The notes under the pieces are model-generated. The model was given only the letters and a program-made list of their open reading frames with translations, was not told the DNA's origin and made no database searches. The translations under genes and the position numbers were made by a program. Positions 19,803-26,978 of a stretch of DNA of 34,691 bases are shown here, piece after piece. The stretch spans positions 1-34,691 of the IMG/VR virus record IMGVR_UViG_3300009008_000133. One strand, written 5' to 3'. Numbering within the stretch: position 1 is the first letter of the stretch; each line of letters opens with the position of its first letter. The stretch comes from a virus (Duplodnaviria; Caudoviricetes).

Positions 19803-20189
19803 TCACTTTCCTCCTATTCTCAACTTGCTTGCCAGGCAGTGCCTGTTCATTTCTTTTATAAAGTGCCGCTCAGGCGGCTCAAAGCCAAAGTATGCGATGA
19901 ACTTGGTCCAGCGGCTTGTATCATCTGTCCAGTTGGATGCGATGACATGCTCAATTCTCCGGCTCCTGAGATATCCCTTAATATCTTCAAAATCCTTTTT
20001 GAGATCTGTCAGAATAACCCCTGAGAATCTGGTGACCTCCAGATGGAAGACACACTCTTTACCCACAAGGATCAGCCCGGCGTAAGCATAAGCGCCGATA
20101 TCATCTTTACCCTCAATCCAAAGATCACATTCGTGATGATCAATCTGAGTGAGGCCGGGTGGTTTCTTGTTGAGAAAACAGATCATCAC
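19803..20189 (-). CDS. GNAT-fold-like protein
   Basis: Beta-rich core and C-terminal TKFIAYFGFEP resembling GNAT motif B; overlaps the terL stop. Confidence 0.5.
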   Translation of the reverse strand: MMICFLNKKPPGLTQIDHHECDLWIEGKDDIGAYAYAGLILVGKECVFHLEVTRFSGVILTDLKKDFEDIKGYLRSRRIEHVIASNWTDDTSRWTKFIAYFGFEPPERHFIKEMNRHCLASKLRIGGK

Positions 20190-21736
20190 CTTCTCCCGAA
20201 CATATCGTACTTTGTTTTAGCCCTGGCCTTGTCAGGCTGGCGCTTTTCAGAATTGAACATATCGTAGTCAGTCTTAGCCCTACCCTGGTTACGGCTGTAC
20301 TTGGTCCGTTTAACCACCGGGTATGCGAATGTGAGCACAAAAGAATCGCCGCAGTCTGGGGAAGCCAGCCCACGCTTTTTCATGTCCTCTTTCTTTTCAA
20401 GCTGGAATTGCTCACGGGATGTGAACCCATATTGAACTGCGGTCAAGTCATCCCTCAGCTCAGGATCATCCGGAATCGCTCCGCCGTCCTCCAGCCAATC
20501 CCTGGCCTTGCCGTACATCTCAACTCTCTTGTTGAAATAAAGCTTGTCGTCATCTGCATTGGATCCGAACCACACACCGGTCACGATGTCCTTGTATCCC
20601 CAATCAACCAGCAGGTCATAGACGGCAGCACCGATGTTCCCCATATCAATAAAGACCTGGTCCGGCTCCCAGGCATTGATCTCCTCGGCAACGATACCGG
20701 CCAGTGTCTGAGTATTCAGGCCTCTGAACTTCTTAATGCCATAGGCCACAGGTCCCTGGCGCTTAGTCAAAACAAACTGGTCATCCCCGAACCTGGCGCA
20801 GTCAACGCCCAGAACCTTGGCCCGGTCAAGCCAGGCTGAGACATGGAACTTTTTGCCCATGGCAGCCTCGACAATGTCGGTGGGAATAAACTGCATGATA
20901 CCAGCTCGTGGTGTCTGCCCCTTTACCCTGACCCGGACAAAGTCTGAGTCTTCGCCATAAGCATCAATCCATTTCTGGATGAGCTTCTTGTCTGTCCTTT
21001 TACTGTCACGGGAATCGATCTCATATGTCACCCACATATCACGGAATTTTCCCCAGCACTCAGCAAAGCGCCCGGTGGGCTGAGTCGGGTTGCCAAAAGT
21101 AATCCAGATCTTAACTCCACCAGAGTCAGTCATAGCCCCCTCAGTAACCTCCCAGATGATATCCGGGACCGCGCTGGCCTCGTCATATTTGATCATGACG
21201 TACTTCTCATGGGTGCCAGCAAAGGCCTCCGAGTTGTTCTCTGATTGTGGGATGGCTGAAGAGAACCATGTGGCCGGGTCAGCCAGGCAGATAAACCTGG
21301 TGGCTGTCCACTTGAACCAGTGCTTATTGATCAGGTGATTGTGCCACTTGGCCTGCTCTCTCCATGTTTTAGATGTGAGCTGCTCTTTAGTGTTGGCTGT
21401 GGTGACCATTGCGGGATTTGGACGAGTGGAGATAAACCAGTGATCCAGCCATGCCATAAGACAGGATTTGCCGATACCATGCCCGGACTTAGCTGCGATT
21501 CTGATACCGGTGGTACAGTCAATGCGCTTGCCGCTATTCTCGATCCAGCCGTGCTCAAGGCCGTGGCCGATATCTTTTAAAACTTTCTCCTGCCATTTAT
21601 CCGGGCCATCCTCGTGCTCAAGCGGTGTGCCTTTCTCTCCCCAGGGGTATGCGAACATAACGAATCCATACGGATCGTTAACGAATTCTCCCATTCGTTC
21701 CTGGAGTTCTATTTCATGGTCAACCGCTACGCTCAT
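20186..21736 (-). CDS. terL: Terminase large subunit
   Basis: Walker A SGHGIGKS, Walker B YDEAS, FGNPT coupling motif, nuclease LGVDCARFGDD and SPDCGDS. Confidence 0.96.
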   Translation of the reverse strand: MSVAVDHEIELQERMGEFVNDPYGFVMFAYPWGEKGTPLEHEDGPDKWQEKVLKDIGHGLEHGWIENSGKRIDCTTGIRIAAKSGHGIGKSCLMAWLDHWFISTRPNPAMVTTANTKEQLTSKTWREQAKWHNHLINKHWFKWTATRFICLADPATWFSSAIPQSENNSEAFAGTHEKYVMIKYDEASAVPDIIWEVTEGAMTDSGGVKIWITFGNPTQPTGRFAECWGKFRDMWVTYEIDSRDSKRTDKKLIQKWIDAYGEDSDFVRVRVKGQTPRAGIMQFIPTDIVEAAMGKKFHVSAWLDRAKVLGVDCARFGDDQFVLTKRQGPVAYGIKKFRGLNTQTLAGIVAEEINAWEPDQVFIDMGNIGAAVYDLLVDWGYKDIVTGVWFGSNADDDKLYFNKRVEMYGKARDWLEDGGAIPDDPELRDDLTAVQYGFTSREQFQLEKKEDMKKRGLASPDCGDSFVLTFAYPVVKRTKYSRNQGRAKTDYDMFNSEKRQPDKARAKTKYDMFGRR

Positions 21737-21845
21737 CGCTTAACTCTCTCCAATAATGTAGAGCACGCATAAAAGCATGCCGAATATAATTACCTGAGTC
21801 ATTTTCAACACCCGCCCTTTGGCAATTTACAATCCCCTGATGGTT

Positions 21846-22436
21846 TCATTTCTTCACCCTCTCAATAGCTGCTGCCAACCTATCACCCAGCTTCTCAAGC
21901 CCGGCTTCAAGGCCAGCGTCTTTCGGCTGATGCAGACCATGGATCTTCTCAAGCCTGTTCAGCGCCTGGCCCTTGTCCCAAAATTTATATTTATAAGTAG
22001 TGATGGTCTGAATGACCTCACCGTCATCGTTGAAGATATCCTGTTCCCTGATCTCAACCCCTGCGATAGCCCTGGCCGTATCCTCATCAAGCTCTCCGGG
22101 TGAGATCAAAACAAACTCGCCGTCAAATAACTTCCTGATATCTGAGCTGGCAATCCGGCTCTCCTCGATCAGGATCTGCTCAACAGTCATGGCTGCTTTT
22201 TTGCTTATCTCTTCAAGATGGGCCTCGACATAGGCCGCAACGTTAGCGTTTGTTAGTAGCTTAGAGGCGTTGGTTCTGGCGGCTGCTTCTTTCTTTACAT
22301 TGGGGTAGGCTTTCAGGTAGGACTGAGTCCCATTGCGATCAATGAGATACTCATCAGCAAACATGCGCTGGTTAGGTGTGAGCTTAGACCTAAGCTCTTT
22401 AAGGTTGGCCTCACATTTTTCTTCTCTCCCGCTCAA
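21846..22436 (-). CDS. terS: Terminase small subunit
   Basis: LTPNQRMFADEYLIDRNGTQSY..AY...ASKLL...V..Y HTH and KFWDKGQALNRL. TTG start with GGGAG RBS. Confidence 0.92.
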   Translation of the reverse strand: MSGREEKCEANLKELRSKLTPNQRMFADEYLIDRNGTQSYLKAYPNVKKEAAARTNASKLLTNANVAAYVEAHLEEISKKAAMTVEQILIEESRIASSDIRKLFDGEFVLISPGELDEDTARAIAGVEIREQDIFNDDGEVIQTITTYKYKFWDKGQALNRLEKIHGLHQPKDAGLEAGLEKLGDRLAAAIERVKK

Positions 22437-22443
22437 TCGTTTT

Positions 22444-22491
22444 CTCCCAGATTAAGAGAACAAATTGTCTTTATTAGCTCATATCTGGGAG
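22444..22491 (-). promoter_or_regulatory. 9-bp inverted repeat (CTCCCAGAT/ATCTGGGAG) covering the terS ribosome-binding site
   Basis: Arms at 22444-22452 and 22483-22491; the 3' arm in the mRNA contains GGGAG, 7 nt before the TTG start. Confidence 0.55.
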
Positions 22492-22543
22492 CAAAGTCCA
22501 GCCACATAGCGTTATATAGCTATATGCAAAAAATAGTTGAAAT

Positions 22544-22578
22544 AAAAAAGGAGCTTAAGTCATCAAACCTAAGCTCCT
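22544..22578 (-). terminator. Rho-independent terminator separating the early/middle region from late genes
   Basis: AGGAGCTTA...TAAGCTCCT stem followed by a T run on the minus strand. Confidence 0.75.
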
Positions 22579-22633
22579 AAGCACTAAGTATTCGCAATAT
22601 ACTGATTTAAGTTTATAGTCCGTAGACTTTGCG

Positions 22634-22816
22634 TCAAATCATGGCATCACCTCCCTTGTTAACCCCATTCTCCCTCACCTTCTCCTCAGTCACCCATGGG
22701 AACCCGCAGCCTTGACACTGGCGCACCCGCTCGATGACATCTTCTCCTGACCCGTTGACCTTCCTGTATGTCTTGAGCACCCTGTTCATCTCACAACCGC
22801 ATTCAGTGCAAAGCAT
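22634..22816 (-). CDS. Stand-alone NrdR-type zinc-ribbon protein (possible regulator)
   Basis: CTECG...RVLKT...IERVRQCQGCGFPWVTEE resembles the NrdR N-terminal ribbon (CPxC...RRRRECxxCxxRFTTxE). Confidence 0.7.
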   Translation of the reverse strand: MLCTECGCEMNRVLKTYRKVNGSGEDVIERVRQCQGCGFPWVTEEKVRENGVNKGGDAMI

Positions 22817-22817
22817 G

Positions 22818-23072
22818 TCAGATCTCCTCTATCTGGTTTAAAATCAAATCCGCCTTGGCATATCCCTTCCTTAAACCGATAAGTCTGCGCCGAAATCTTG
22901 AGATGACTTTTTTCTGGTCCCGGTGCTTCATCCAATCCTCAAAATCCAAGATCTTTCCATGGAGATCCTTCATCTCTTTAAGGATTTTATGATAGCCATC
23001 CAGCCAATCCAGATACTCGCGCATCATATTGGCCCCATTCTTTTGGATCATGTCACAGCCACGGCACATCAC
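22818..23072 (-). CDS. Hypothetical protein
   Basis: Coupled to neighbouring genes; helical. Confidence 0.6.
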   Translation of the reverse strand: MMCRGCDMIQKNGANMMREYLDWLDGYHKILKEMKDLHGKILDFEDWMKHRDQKKVISRFRRRLIGLRKGYAKADLILNQIEEI

Positions 23073-23530
23073 TCACCCCTCCGTTGATTCCAAAGGTTCC
23101 GGGCTTCTGTCCTGGTCGAACCGCTCTGGGCGATTGCCCCGCAGTCAATACAGCCGTACTGATAAGCCACCGGTGTTATACTAAGAATAACTATTTCTTC
23201 AGACCCACAAAACGGGCATGGTTCAAGCTTTAGTCTTGACTTAACCGACAAATACACAAACCCGTCGTCCTCCGCTCTTTCACTTTCCAATGTTAACCCA
23301 CAGGCCGCCGGGGTCCAGCCTCCCCCTCTCTCCATCTCTTTCAACACACACTCCAGCCCTTTGAGCACCAGCAGCCGAGGATCCCGGATTTCGTCAAAAT
23401 TATATCCGTACTTCTTCAAAAGCTCTTTGGCCTTACTCATGCCTGCTGCCCTCCTCTTTTTGTCCTGATGTATCAAGCCAAGAAATTTATGCATATCCCG
23501 AATGGTTTCCCAATACCGTCCGCTTGCCAT
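23069..23530 (-). CDS. Protein with C-terminal Lar-family (restriction alleviation) zinc finger
   Basis: LEPCPFCGS...CIDCGA...EARNLWNQR at the C-terminus; the ~100-aa N-terminal part is not recognised. Confidence 0.75.
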   Translation of the reverse strand: MASGRYWETIRDMHKFLGLIHQDKKRRAAGMSKAKELLKKYGYNFDEIRDPRLLVLKGLECVLKEMERGGGWTPAACGLTLESERAEDDGFVYLSVKSRLKLEPCPFCGSEEIVILSITPVAYQYGCIDCGAIAQSGSTRTEARNLWNQRRGE

Positions 23531-23539
23531 CCCGCCCCC

Positions 23540-23932
23540 TCACCCGATCCGGTTAATAAACAGATCAGCGTTCATACTCGTTATCTCCAGATGCACATGC
23601 GGCTTCATCCTATCCCCGTGTTTTTTCCTCACATCCTGGGCAATACCAATCACCTCGCCCTGGAGCACCTCATCACCGGGCCTGGCAGTTGGCTTGAAAT
23701 AGTACATCTTGACCGTGACATCACTGCCTTTGATCACCAGCCCGGAAAAAGACTCACCCGTATAAGGCTTTGTTTTCCTGATGACCTTGCCAGATATTGG
23801 GGCGATCACCTCTTGACCCGGATCACAGAGATAATCCGTCCCTGTATGAACTCTGCCGCCCCTCTTAGCGCCATAATGCCCGGACCCCATTGAGTCTACT
23901 CTTACCGTTGTTTTCCCTGTTGGACTAATCAT
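23540..23932 (-). CDS. M23-family metallopeptidase, LECT2-like
   Basis: HTGTD (HxxxD) and PHVHLE (HxH) zinc motifs; GSGHYGAKRGGRVH, APISG, KPY and VKMYY blocks match LECT2 as I recall it. Confidence 0.85.
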   Translation of the reverse strand: MISPTGKTTVRVDSMGSGHYGAKRGGRVHTGTDYLCDPGQEVIAPISGKVIRKTKPYTGESFSGLVIKGSDVTVKMYYFKPTARPGDEVLQGEVIGIAQDVRKKHGDRMKPHVHLEITSMNADLFINRIG

Positions 23933-24036
23933 TAGCAGATCTCCCTATCTATTGCTTTAACCACAACCACGAACAGCACAGTGGCACCGCCGAAGACCAG
24001 GCCCACAAGGAAACACATAGTGCCAAATATTATCAT
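23932..24036 (-). CDS. 34-aa single-pass membrane peptide
   Basis: MIIFGTMCFLVGLVFGGATVLFVVVVKAIDREIC; TGATG and TAATG overlaps on either side; below the ORF-track cutoff. Confidence 0.65.
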   Translation of the reverse strand: MIIFGTMCFLVGLVFGGATVLFVVVVKAIDREIC

Positions 24037-24257
24037 CACTCATCTCCTTGCCAGCAGTACCATTTTTCAAGTATGAAATCATAACTCATCCAGGTGGCCT
24101 CGTACCAAGCAAATTCAACTTCCCTACACTCCTTAAGCACTTTAGCCTTGGCTTTGCCATCAAAATAAAACATCGGCAAAAGAATTATCCAAACTGCAAA
24201 GATAAACAACGCCACTGTAAACAACATGCTGTAAATCATCGATAAAACTCGCATCAC
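24036..24257 (-). CDS. Small membrane protein
   Basis: Hydrophobic N-terminal ~30 aa; coupled to neighbours. Confidence 0.65.
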   Translation of the reverse strand: MMRVLSMIYSMLFTVALFIFAVWIILLPMFYFDGKAKAKVLKECREVEFAWYEATWMSYDFILEKWYCWQGDE

Positions 24258-24760
24258 TTCTCCTTCCCCTCAATAACCGGTTTTAATGTCACCTTGCCGC
24301 TCGGCCTGACCCGGACGACCTTGTAGACTTTGTTATGGATAAATGTCTGTCTCTGGCCGAGTGGATTGGTCGATGGAATCATGATGCCGACCCTCCAGCC
24401 CTCTTCAAGCGACGATGTCTCTGTCATCGTTACCGTTATGGCTGGAGTTTGCTGACCCGGCTTCTTCTCACTCATTCTCTTGTCGAATTCCTTAAGCTTC
24501 TCATCAAGATCGATCACGTTTGAATTGCTCAAAACATCTCCTCCTGTTCCTCCGGGTGGACCTTCACAAAGGCATTTAAAAAGGCTTCTCTCCCCCTCAA
24601 GGGTTGTAGCCCAATTACCGCAGCGTTCTTTATATTTTGCAAAAGCCTTGGTGTGCTGGATCCAGAGGGAATCCGCTCCCAACAATGATCCATTATTTGC
24701 GACGAGTTCGATAACCTCTTCCGCCGCTCGCTTTAATTCTCCCATTTGCATTTGTCCCAT
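24254..24760 (-). CDS. Hypothetical protein
   Basis: The ORF track starts it at 24802. An AGGGAG RBS suggests the true start is ATG 24760 or 24751. Confidence 0.6.
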   Translation of the reverse strand: MGQMQMGELKRAAEEVIELVANNGSLLGADSLWIQHTKAFAKYKERCGNWATTLEGERSLFKCLCEGPPGGTGGDVLSNSNVIDLDEKLKEFDKRMSEKKPGQQTPAITVTMTETSSLEEGWRVGIMIPSTNPLGQRQTFIHNKVYKVVRVRPSGKVTLKPVIEGKEK

Positions 24761-24950
24761 ACTCCCTAAATCTCTGGTCCCTTTCAAATGGCCGGAGAGC
24801 ACATTTACCCTCCGGCACCTTCCGATAATTCAGCGAGGGATGAGAATGATAATTACAGGGCTTTTCTTCCTTTTCCCGCCGACCGGCAGCATTGCAGGTC
24901 CGTCACAGCCACAGCTCATCAGCCTCTTCGATATCAATCCAGAACGCCAT
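24693..24950 (-). CDS. Candidate selenoprotein, 85 aa, with in-frame UGA (24903-24905) in a U-x-x-C motif
   Basis: AGGAGG RBS; ATG overlaps the upstream stop. Reads MAFWIDIEEADELWL[TGA]RTCNAAGRREKEEKPCNYHSHPSLNYRKVPEGKCALRPFERDQ...RTRRK, followed by a SECIS-like hairpin. Confidence 0.7.
24876..24905 (-). promoter_or_regulatory. Bacterial SECIS-like element
   Basis: UGA CGGACCUGCAAUG CUGCC-GGUC-GGCGG: 5-bp stem with a GGUC loop at +22..+25 counting U of UGA as 1, the same register as E. coli fdhF (UGCA-GGUC-UGCA, recalled). Confidence 0.65.
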
Positions 24951-25282
24951 CAGACCTCCTCGATCTCGATAGGATAGTGAGCCTCAACCAGCTTCTTTTT
25001 GGCGATGTATTCTTTTGTCCTGTAACCCTTCACATCCTCAAAAGACACGGTGCCATCGGCCCAGAAAATCTGGAAGTCGACCCGGTAGATCACCCGGCCA
25101 GGAAGATGTAACGGCACCTGGCGCAGAAAAAAAACAATCTTACCCTGGTTCTTCATAAACTTCAGCTCATTGTATCTCCGGGCCTCTTTCTTACTGTCAA
25201 ACCGAAATCCGTCATACTCAACCGCAATCGCCCTGTACTTATGCTTTGGCCTGCGCCCCTTCTTTGATGGCATTATTCTCAT
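24950..25282 (-). CDS. DUF1064-family PD-(D/E)xK-like nuclease
   Basis: HKYRA....DGFRFDSKKEARRY.EL...RQVP...YRVDF...FEDVKG..T..Y..KKKL signature. Confidence 0.88.
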   Translation of the reverse strand: MRIMPSKKGRRPKHKYRAIAVEYDGFRFDSKKEARRYNELKFMKNQGKIVFFLRQVPLHLPGRVIYRVDFQIFWADGTVSFEDVKGYRTKEYIAKKKLVEAHYPIEIEEV

Positions 25283-25294
25283 CCCTCACCCCGC

Positions 25295-25528
25295 CTATTT
25301 CTTTTTAGCCGAGTTCTTAGCCGGTGTTTTTTTACCGTCGCCCATTAAGGGGTCTATCTTCTTTGGCGGAGGATCCATCCTCGGCTGCTTCTGCTGAAGT
25401 ATATTCATAGCAGCGCCGACATGCTTCTGGGCCACAGCAAGCGTATTGAGCAGAGCATTCGCATCCGCCAGCACTGAGTGAATCGTGTTCACTTCCGTTT
25501 GAGTAAATTCAAAAACAGGTTCTTGCAT
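25295..25528 (-). CDS. Hypothetical protein
   Basis: Start set at MQEPVF (AAGGAG RBS); the ORF track extends it to 25582. Confidence 0.6.
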   Translation of the reverse strand: MQEPVFEFTQTEVNTIHSVLADANALLNTLAVAQKHVGAAMNILQQKQPRMDPPPKKIDPLMGDGKKTPAKNSAKKK

Positions 25529-25529
25529 T

Positions 25530-25718
25530 TTAATCTCCTTTGGTTTGGTTGTCATCACAGTGGCCGCACGACCCTCTGCCATCGGCCACCAGTTCTTTTT
25601 CAGATAAAGATATATTTAATCCACAGTCACAGCGAGCTTTAAACATCCACTCTTTTGTCTGTGGGTGCCTGCCTAAAACATGCAACACTGTGAGCTTGCC
25701 AAACTTATGGTCTTTCAT
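25530..25718 (-). CDS. Solo 'FGKLTV...CDCG...SCGxC' zinc module of the type found N-terminal in phage HNH/AP2 endonucleases
   Basis: KFGKLTVL...W...RCDCG...L...GRGSCGHC; no nuclease domain follows. Confidence 0.7.
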   Translation of the reverse strand: MKDHKFGKLTVLHVLGRHPQTKEWMFKARCDCGLNISLSEKELVADGRGSCGHCDDNQTKGD

Positions 25719-25897
25719 AGATCTGTAATCCTCTTCTTCTCTCTGGCCGGTGGTTTCCAGCCAAGCTTAATAAGCGCATGCCGGATGTCAGGGTTTTTCG
25801 GGTCGAAGATCTCGCACCGGATAAACTTGTGATTAATCCTGACCCTTCGTTCGATTCGGCCCCTCTTGTCCAAGTTGATGATGTCGCCTTTTTTCAT
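25715..25897 (-). CDS. Hypothetical protein
   Basis: GGAG RBS; overlaps the next gene's start. Confidence 0.6.
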   Translation of the reverse strand: MKKGDIINLDKRGRIERRVRINHKFIRCEIFDPKNPDIRHALIKLGWKPPAREKKRITDL

Positions 25898-25926
25898 AGC
25901 TGCTCCGTGGGATTATAAGTAGTGTG

Positions 25927-26022
25927 ATGACGGGGCAGGGATTTAAACCCTGCATGATATCGACCTTGACATTTGTGATTCTCCATTTACGGTCTGCGTC
26001 TACCTATTCCGCCACCCGTCAT
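25927..26022 (-). tRNA. tRNA-like element / pseudo-tRNA with Leu-type D arm and expanded anticodon arm
   Basis: Acceptor (A)TGACGGG/CCCGTCA(T); D arm TGGCGGAATAGGTAGACGC; T arm GCAGGG-TTTAAAT-CCCTGC; GACC/GGTC stem closing 25 nt; no encoded CCA. Confidence 0.6.
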
Positions 26023-26038
26023 ATTTACTGTACTGTGG

Positions 26039-26236
26039 TTAAGGTGCTACCCCAATATCCCACTCATATGTGTTGGGGCCTTCTTCGCCGTCTTGGTACT
26101 TATCAACCCATTCTTTATATTTATCGCCTGTTAAGATTCTTACAATCTGGTCAAGAACCCATTGTTTATGGTGTCCTCCATCATATCCGCTCCATTCAAA
26201 TATGAAGTCTAAAACCTCTTGATCTTTTGTTTTCAT
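26039..26236 (-). CDS. Conserved-looking phage hypothetical protein (DGGHHKQWVLDQ motif)
   Basis: GGAGG RBS; YDGGHHKQWVLDQ...YEWDIGVAP. Confidence 0.75.
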   Translation of the reverse strand: MKTKDQEVLDFIFEWSGYDGGHHKQWVLDQIVRILTGDKYKEWVDKYQDGEEGPNTYEWDIGVAP

Positions 26237-26266
26237 ATCCCCTCCATCCGATAGAGTGTTCTGTGG

Positions 26267-26419
26267 TTATCCTTCTTCATCATCCTTGAAATGCTCACAT
26301 TCATTATGTTGCATAGCTTTAAAGCAATCATGACCTTCATCACATTGTGGGTTCGGCTTAATGCCAGTTGAATCTATCCTCTCATGTTCACATCTTGCGC
26401 ATATCGGGAAAAAGTTCAT
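26267..26419 (-). CDS. 50-aa Cys-rich protein
   Basis: MNFFPICARCEHERIDSTGIKPNPQCDEGHDCFKAMQHNECEHFKDDEEG; fills the gap in the operon; below the track cutoff. Confidence 0.6.
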   Translation of the reverse strand: MNFFPICARCEHERIDSTGIKPNPQCDEGHDCFKAMQHNECEHFKDDEEG

Positions 26420-26441
26420 TGTCTCCATCCTATAAATTGAT

Positions 26442-26978
26442 TCACGTTATCTGCTTCACAGCCCCTGCGGCCAGTGATTTTAATTTTTCTGCATCGATGC
26501 CATTATAATCAAGCAGCTTCTCATCTGGCAGAACCTTCATCTCGACATAAGACTGGACAAAATTCTTCCTAAACCAAGACAGTTCTTGGTTCATCATCTC
26601 CCCAAGCTTCTTAAACGACCACCTGTTCGTCATGAGATAAGCCGTTATCGGGTCTTTAAACTCATGATCACAATAACTCCCATAATAATTGAAATACTTC
26701 ATCACGATATCACACTGGCGCTCGCCCTCTGTCTTAGGGTTGGTCTCGCCACAGATAGCCTTAATGGCATCCAGAAATTCTTTTACAGTGGGAATAGCTG
26801 GGAAGGTGTTTTCCCTGTTCTGTACCAGCCATGATGCAGCCTTTAGAATCACTTCAATCGGGTGAGTCTTCAAGGCCTCAAACTTTAGCTTGATCCCATG
26901 CTTTGAGATTTGACCTCCGCACTCTTCGGCTATACCATACATGAGCACAGCAAACTGTTTCTTATCCTGATCATTCAT
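26442..26978 (-). CDS. Replication accessory protein (lambda P position; possible helicase loader)
   Basis: Starts MNDQDKKQFAVLM overlapping the initiator's end; FPAIPTVKEF and EFKDPITA motifs. Confidence 0.6.
   Translation of the reverse strand: MNDQDKKQFAVLMYGIAEECGGQISKHGIKLKFEALKTHPIEVILKAASWLVQNRENTFPAIPTVKEFLDAIKAICGETNPKTEGERQCDIVMKYFNYYGSYCDHEFKDPITAYLMTNRWSFKKLGEMMNQELSWFRKNFVQSYVEMKVLPDEKLLDYNGIDAEKLKSLAAGAVKQIT

Noticed and set aside
21740-21802. 20-codon hydrophobic ORF (MTQVIIFGMLLCVLYIIGES) between terS and terL
   Set aside because: Too short and without a clear RBS; possible but unsupported.
24693-24950. Genome-wide UGA reassignment (genetic code 4 or 25) as the explanation for the in-frame TGA
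   Set aside because: Many genes here end in TGA with overlapping next starts (terL, terS, DUF1064, 24036 ORF), and long genes have no internal TGA. Any recoding must be site-specific.
25927-26022. Canonical tRNA-Leu or tRNA-Sec, or an attachment site
   Set aside because: There is no 7-nt anticodon loop, no long variable arm and no CCA; no duplicated 3' end or integrase in the window.
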